The notes under the pieces were generated by a model. It ran no database searches and was not told the origin of the DNA. It worked only from the letters and a program-made list of their open reading frames with translations. Both the position numbers and the translations under genes were made by a program. Below are positions 58,731-64,000 of a stretch of DNA of 64,000 nucleotides, piece by piece. The DNA is from a cyanobacterium endosymbiont of Rhopalodia gibba. Lineage in GTDB: Bacteria; Cyanobacteriota; Cyanobacteriia; Cyanobacteriales; Microcystaceae. How positions within the stretch are numbered: the first letter of the stretch is position 1; each line of letters starts with the position of its first letter. The DNA is taken from assembly GCA_045159875.1 (NCBI GenBank), contig CP067995.1, positions 320,001 to 384,000 of the forward strand, written 5' to 3'.

Positions 58731-61586
58731 TTTATTCTTGATTATTTCCCTTGATTCAGAAAATAATAGTTATAATTCATCGCTTTTAAATGGTTATTTT
58801 TATAAAAATTTATAGTCTATTTTCTAGAATTTTAATCTAAAATATTTTAAAATAATTAATATTATACGGTTAATATAAAAAATTTATTTACCATAAAGTT
58901 ATCCCTTAACGTCATGGACAGAAAATCTGATTAATTAGATAAAATAAAATCAGTTGAAATTGTGTAAATTAGTTGATTGTAAAATAATAAAAAATTTTAG
59001 AATTTTTCTAAATTTTTTGAAGAACAAATAGCTCTTAGATTATAAAAAAATATTGCTCTTAAATCTACTTCATCTAAGTTACAGTGGTTAAAAATTTCTG
59101 CTTTAGCAACAAAAATTAAAAGCCGACAAAGTTTAATAAAAATCAGTTAACAATTTGCTTAAATTATTAAAGATTTCTAGTTTAGTATTTGTAAGTCTTC
59201 ACCCTATTGAATCAGGAGATAAAATAGGTTAAGCAGGAGATTTATTAACTATGTTTAAGATTAAAAATCTTGCTGCCAACTTTTAAGAAAACTCGCCCGT
59301 TGGTAGATACATTAAGTTTTCTGCATAAAGATTATCACAAGAAAATATTAATACCTTGTTAATTATTAGTATTACTCAATAAAGATTGCTTAAAGATTTT
59401 ATTAATGAACTTTTTCTGCATAACTAAAAGCAGCATAAACTGAATCAACTTTATCGAATTTATTATTAGATTTTAGTCAATACGAAAAATTTTAAAAACT
59501 TGTCAATAATTAAAATAGATCTTTAAAAAACATAATAAGTAAAAAAAAGTAGCTAATACTCCCTCTTAAATTTTAATTTAATAAAAATAAATAATATTTT
59601 GTGACTACAACTTTAATTGTATACAATCAGATATGCCAAATAAACTTTTTGATAGTAATCAGTTATTTTAATAGTCACAACATCTATTTTAGACTTGTTC
59701 TTTGAATTAATTTATTTCTTAAAAGAACCAATCAAATTTAATATATCTAATTTAATTTAGTTTTTTATTCTTTATTTTACTATTTTTTTGCAAGAACACA
59801 TTTTTTTTATTGTAACCTAAATTTTTAAAAAAAACTGAATTTTTTAAGTGTTTTAGCTTATCATTTAAAACTTTTTTTCCGATGATCTAATCAAACATAA
59901 CTTGTTTCATCAGATGGTATTAAATCCAATAACTATACCCTCTGAAAAGAGCATAGGAAGTTTAACCCAAAATAATGATTTAAATTTTAATTCTTTCTTT
60001 GATTTTCCTGTAAAAATTACAATGGTTTAGCAAGACCTATTTTATTTCATCAAATATGTTGTAATTTTTACGAATTCAAGGCTCATATACTAATATTCGT
60101 CATTTCTATGTTTGCTCTAATTCTGGAGAGTAAATTGGCAAATATTTTTTAGATAATTCCTGAAAAAATTATATCTTTATCCAAATATTCCTCAACTAAA
60201 TTTAGCTATTTTCTATTCACTCTTGTAGTTTAATCCCATAAAATTTTTCCCGTTAATAGCTTGACAAATACGCAGATACATTACTATTTTTAGCCCTGGC
60301 GCACCATATTTGTTTACCTTTTATTATGAGTAGGTTTTCAAACCAAATTTAGTATTAAATTTATTTGCCACTACTCCTGCCTATGGCAATTGATTGACAA
60401 CATTATTATAGAGCTTCCTAAGATGTATACTAACCTAGTCAAAATCTTTTTCTTCTAGAATTTAAGCTATTTGACTATTTCTTCGTAAATTCTTGTTTCT
60501 ATGATTTCTAAGCTCACTTCTTTATTTAAATCTAATATTTATTTTTTAAGCATAGTAATTCTACCAATTGCTTACCGTTTTCATATCTGAAGGTTTTCTA
60601 TTTATAGTTATTTACCTATATTTTTAATAATTGTTTCTATTTTTTTATAACTTACTTACTTTTCAGGGCTATATTCTTCCTGTCACTATTTAAGACTTTT
60701 TCAAGAATCTTAATCTTAAATATTTAAGTATTTTTTCTTTTGTTTTAAGTCAACTTAACTATTTTTTCATTATATCTACACATTGATTGCATGTTGTTTT
60801 ACAACGCTCTATCTTGATGAAAATAGTTTTCTTTACCCCAAAAAAATCTATCATAGTTTATTCATTATTTTAATGAAGTTTATTGGTAGTCGAGCCACAG
60901 TACATATAAACAGTACATATAAGTTGTTGTTTGGTCTATTTTTTTAAAGAATAAAACTATTATCTATTTTAGAGTTTGACAATGAAAATAGTTGGGGTTA
61001 CAAACCCAATAACTTTGTTCATTAAACTAAGTTAAACATTTCGTCCTATCAATATAAATTTTGTAAAATTCAATATTTTTACAAAATTTTATTATCAACA
61101 AAATCTACCATAACAAAATTTATATAATTAAATACTTTTGCTAAGCTGATTATTGACAATAAAACTTTATTTGAGATGTTTACATAACAGATTATTTTGA
61201 GTTAAAATCAGTGGGTGCTATAGTGTTAATTGCCTGATAGTAATTATTAAAAAATATTAAAATATTCCCCGATGCCTTAAATAGAAATGGATCTCTATAA
61301 ATCTCTAAAACCTTAGTCGAATAAGGACCTTGAAAAAAAAATGAGATTTAACTTTAATCAAGATACCAAAATTTCTTAATTGAATTTATGGGAAGATTTC
61401 TCAGATCACAGTAGAATGAGGAAAGACGCATAGCAAAAGTCATTAGAGTCAAGGATTATTTAGATTCCTACACCAAGTTTACAGGTGGAACTCTACTTGT
61501 TGTTGGAGTTTAGAATAAAGAGTCTATCCTAGCCTACACTTCGACTGCTATAAAATTCAGAGTGCGGATTGCTCAGGAGGTGCGCA

Positions 61587-61799
61587 ATGACAGTTTTAAA
61601 TGCAAGGCGGCCAGACATTTCGGCGTTAACGAAAGAGGAGGTCGCGGATTTAGCTAAGCGATTAGAACAGGATGATTATAGTAACCCCTTTGACGCCCTC
61701 AACGACTGGCATTTACTGAGAGCGGTCGCTTTTCAATGCCAAGAATTGGCTGAACCATATCTATATCTACTCGACATTGAAGCGTACGATGAAGCCTAA
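61587..61799 (+). CDS. DUF2555 family protein (IsiD/Ssl0461-like)
   Basis: LAKRLEQDDYSNPFDALNDWHLLRAVAF...LLDIEAYDEA; AGGAGG RBS at 61575-61580 before ATG 61587. Confidence 0.88.
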   Translation: MTVLNARRPDISALTKEEVADLAKRLEQDDYSNPFDALNDWHLLRAVAFQCQELAEPYLYLLDIEAYDEA

Positions 61800-61854
61800 T
61801 CATCTTAGATTATTTTAGGCATTAACACCTTAATTTAGTAAACATCAAGCAGCT

Positions 61855-61886
61855 CCCGCACTGCAATCGTAGTGTGGGCTTTTTTT
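61855..61886 (+). terminator. Intrinsic terminator after DUF2555 gene
   Basis: CCCGCACTGC-AATC-GTAGTGTGGG (two G-U pairs) followed by C and T7. Confidence 0.8.
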
Positions 61887-61977
61887 ATCTCTTCTCTTTT
61901 TCTGTTACTTTTTACTATGTTGTGATCTTATTAATATTCCAATTATTTTAACGAATTGAGAGTATTCAGGCTCTAAG

Positions 61978-62025
61978 ATTTTTTTAAATGAGCTTCAATA
62001 ATTATTGAAGCTCATTTAAAAAAAT
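61978..62025. repeat. 48-bp perfect palindrome, no spacer
   Basis: ATTTTTTTAAATGAGCTTCAATAA|TTATTGAAGCTCATTTAAAAAAAT. Confidence 0.97.
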
Positions 62026-64000
62026 AGCTTTAGCTCTAGCTAAAAGTTTGTATGATTTCATATTAAATATTTAAGATATTTTTAAAAATTTAATTGTCTT
62101 AAAAAAAAATACAAAATTTAACTAAGTTCTTTTAAGAAAATAAAAGATTCAAATAATTTCAGCTAGTATTCTATAGTTAAAATAACTAATCGTTTCTATT
62201 ACCCCATTACTTTCTTATACTAATGGAATTGCTTTAGTTACTGGGTTTCCCTTTCTAATAATTACTCATATGGTTGTTGCTTCTAGTTAAGTGATTATTA
62301 CTGTGCTTTCAGCAACAAGGTTAAAACCCAAATAACCTGAGCCACAATAAATCTTTAAACGATAGTTCAATAAACAACTTAAAAAAGTGAAATAACTCAG
62401 TCAAAACAATTACAACAACAAATTAATCAAAACTTTAGTAAAAATTAGGTTTGTTTAGACTGTTTAATTGCTATGCAGATAGTTTACATTTTTGTTACAT
62501 AAGCTCCTCGAAAGGAAGATAAAATTAGTCAAATTTTTTCTAAATAAAATTGCTATTTTCCATTTAAAAATTAAATTATTAACCCCTATAAGTAAAAAAT
62601 AAAATTTCTTTGAGTAGTTTAAAACATGATCTTAAATTTTAAAAAACCGGAGAAGATCTCCGTCAAGCTCAAATTTCTAACCGCCATCATATTATTCAAG
62701 ACCCAGCTAGAAATCTGCAACAATTATGAAATCAACTAAGAACAACAAATATTTACAAAACAGAAGAAATTTAAAATTTAAAACTGTTAACTGAAAAAAT
62801 TAAAAGATAATAGAAATAATTGAGAATTGAGTATTTTAACTCAGAGTGAAGTATATTCTATCCTAAGTTTAATTAACTAGTAGATAATAACCTTCAAAAT
62901 CCTTATTCTTATTCTGTTCTGTAACTCCAAAAATCTAATTTATATAGAAATTTTTTGAAATCTTGGAGATCTTCCGAAAGGAGATTCTCAGTCTCTTTTC
63001 ATTATAATTTTGTCACAGATAGTTTATAAGAGTCATAATTAGCATGATTAACTCTCGATTATAATAGAATATTTTTTATACTACATGTTAACTATAACAA
63101 GTTATTTATCAATAAAAAAAATAAAACTAAAAAGCGATCATAGAAAAAAAATATCGCTTTAATCTTCTTGGGACTTATTTATACTTAATTACTATAGATA
63201 AAATAAAATTTTATAGTTATTAATAAAACATAATTATCAGAACTTTTATAAATTTTAGAAAAACAATCAAAACAACCCTAATATTAACTGATATCCTAAG
63301 CTTAAAACTTTTTAAAATATAGTTAATAACTATATCCTAGAATAATAATGACTTCAACTAAACTTTTGTTATTCCTTTCTCTGGTGAATCATTTACATAA
63401 TTATAAGAACGGGAAAAAAATAAAAATAAAAGCGATTATTATAATAAACTTCAACCCATTGATAAAAATCTTTGGAGGTAATTGCTTGGATAAAAAGAGA
63501 ACAAGTTGTGTTTTGTAATAGTAATTTTAAGCATGAAAAGATTGCACAGGCTATGTTAGCTAAAAATCCGGGTAAATTTAGATTGTTACTTACTTTTATT
63601 GCGAACCTTTTCTGTAATTTGTTGCGGATTATATAGTAATGATCAATCTTTAAAAATTTTAATTAATCTAAAGCCTTTTTTTTAAACAAAATCCTTTTCA
63701 TTTTTCCCTAAACATTTATTATTAGTTATTTTTGGATATCTCTTATTAGAGGTAGTTACAAACAGACAGTATAATTAGAGGAAGGTCACTAAGTTACTCC
63801 AAAAGAAAAGTATTTTTATCCAAGTTTTATCGGCCTCATTTTATCTAGCTTAGATTTTCACAATAAATAGCTAACAACTATTCTCTCTTTAGAGAATTTT
63901 TCTTTAAAAAACCTTAAGACACTAGGGTAGGGAAATGCGATAGCTATCTTGAATAGTCATAGAATTACTACAACCTTGCCTACCATACAAGAGTATTTAG

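Noticed and set aside
59250..60450. Possible P-loop NTPase remnant (YGAPG...) on the minus strand
   Set aside because: Too degraded to assign a family without a search
1..64000. CRISPR arrays, tRNA/rRNA, prophage, intact defence or retroelement systems
   Set aside because: No regularly spaced direct repeats, cloverleaf motifs or relevant ORFs seen

Overview
64 kb of a cyanobacterial chromosome undergoing strong reductive evolution. There are 31 intact CDS covering only about 50% of the window (summed from the coordinates below), mostly housekeeping genes: hisF, hisZ, suhB, lpxC, omp85/bamA, purC, ndhB, mnmA, rsmI, rpsD, hypD, eda, plsX-fabH-fabD, dacB, rpmF, prmA, serA, rsgA, tusA-like, dnaJ, 7TM-HD phosphodiesterase, hup, prfC, dnaK3-dnaJ, ispH and DUF2555. 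The AT-rich gaps hold at least 13 recognisable remnants that the ORF track misses or shows only as fragments: two 2Fe-2S ferredoxins, J-domain/TPR protein, Rpn nuclease, a small conserved protein, DUF1993, SDR, P-type ATPase, ADP-ribosylglycohydrolase-like protein, cbbY, FecE-type ATPase, and ISL3 and IS982 transposases. Protein style, low coding density and loss of photosynthesis-linked genes suggest (inference) a Crocosphaera/Cyanothece-related endosymbiont such as a rhopalodiacean diatom spheroid body. No rRNA, tRNA, CRISPR array or intact mobile element was seen, and no new multi-gene system. The most unusual signals are: (1) long, nearly loop-less palindromes, two of which appear to have formed in place inside pseudogenes; (2) an excess of decayed HIP1 octamers; (3) GC-rich structured leaders preserved in an eroding background. 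All family assignments are from recalled motifs, not database searches.
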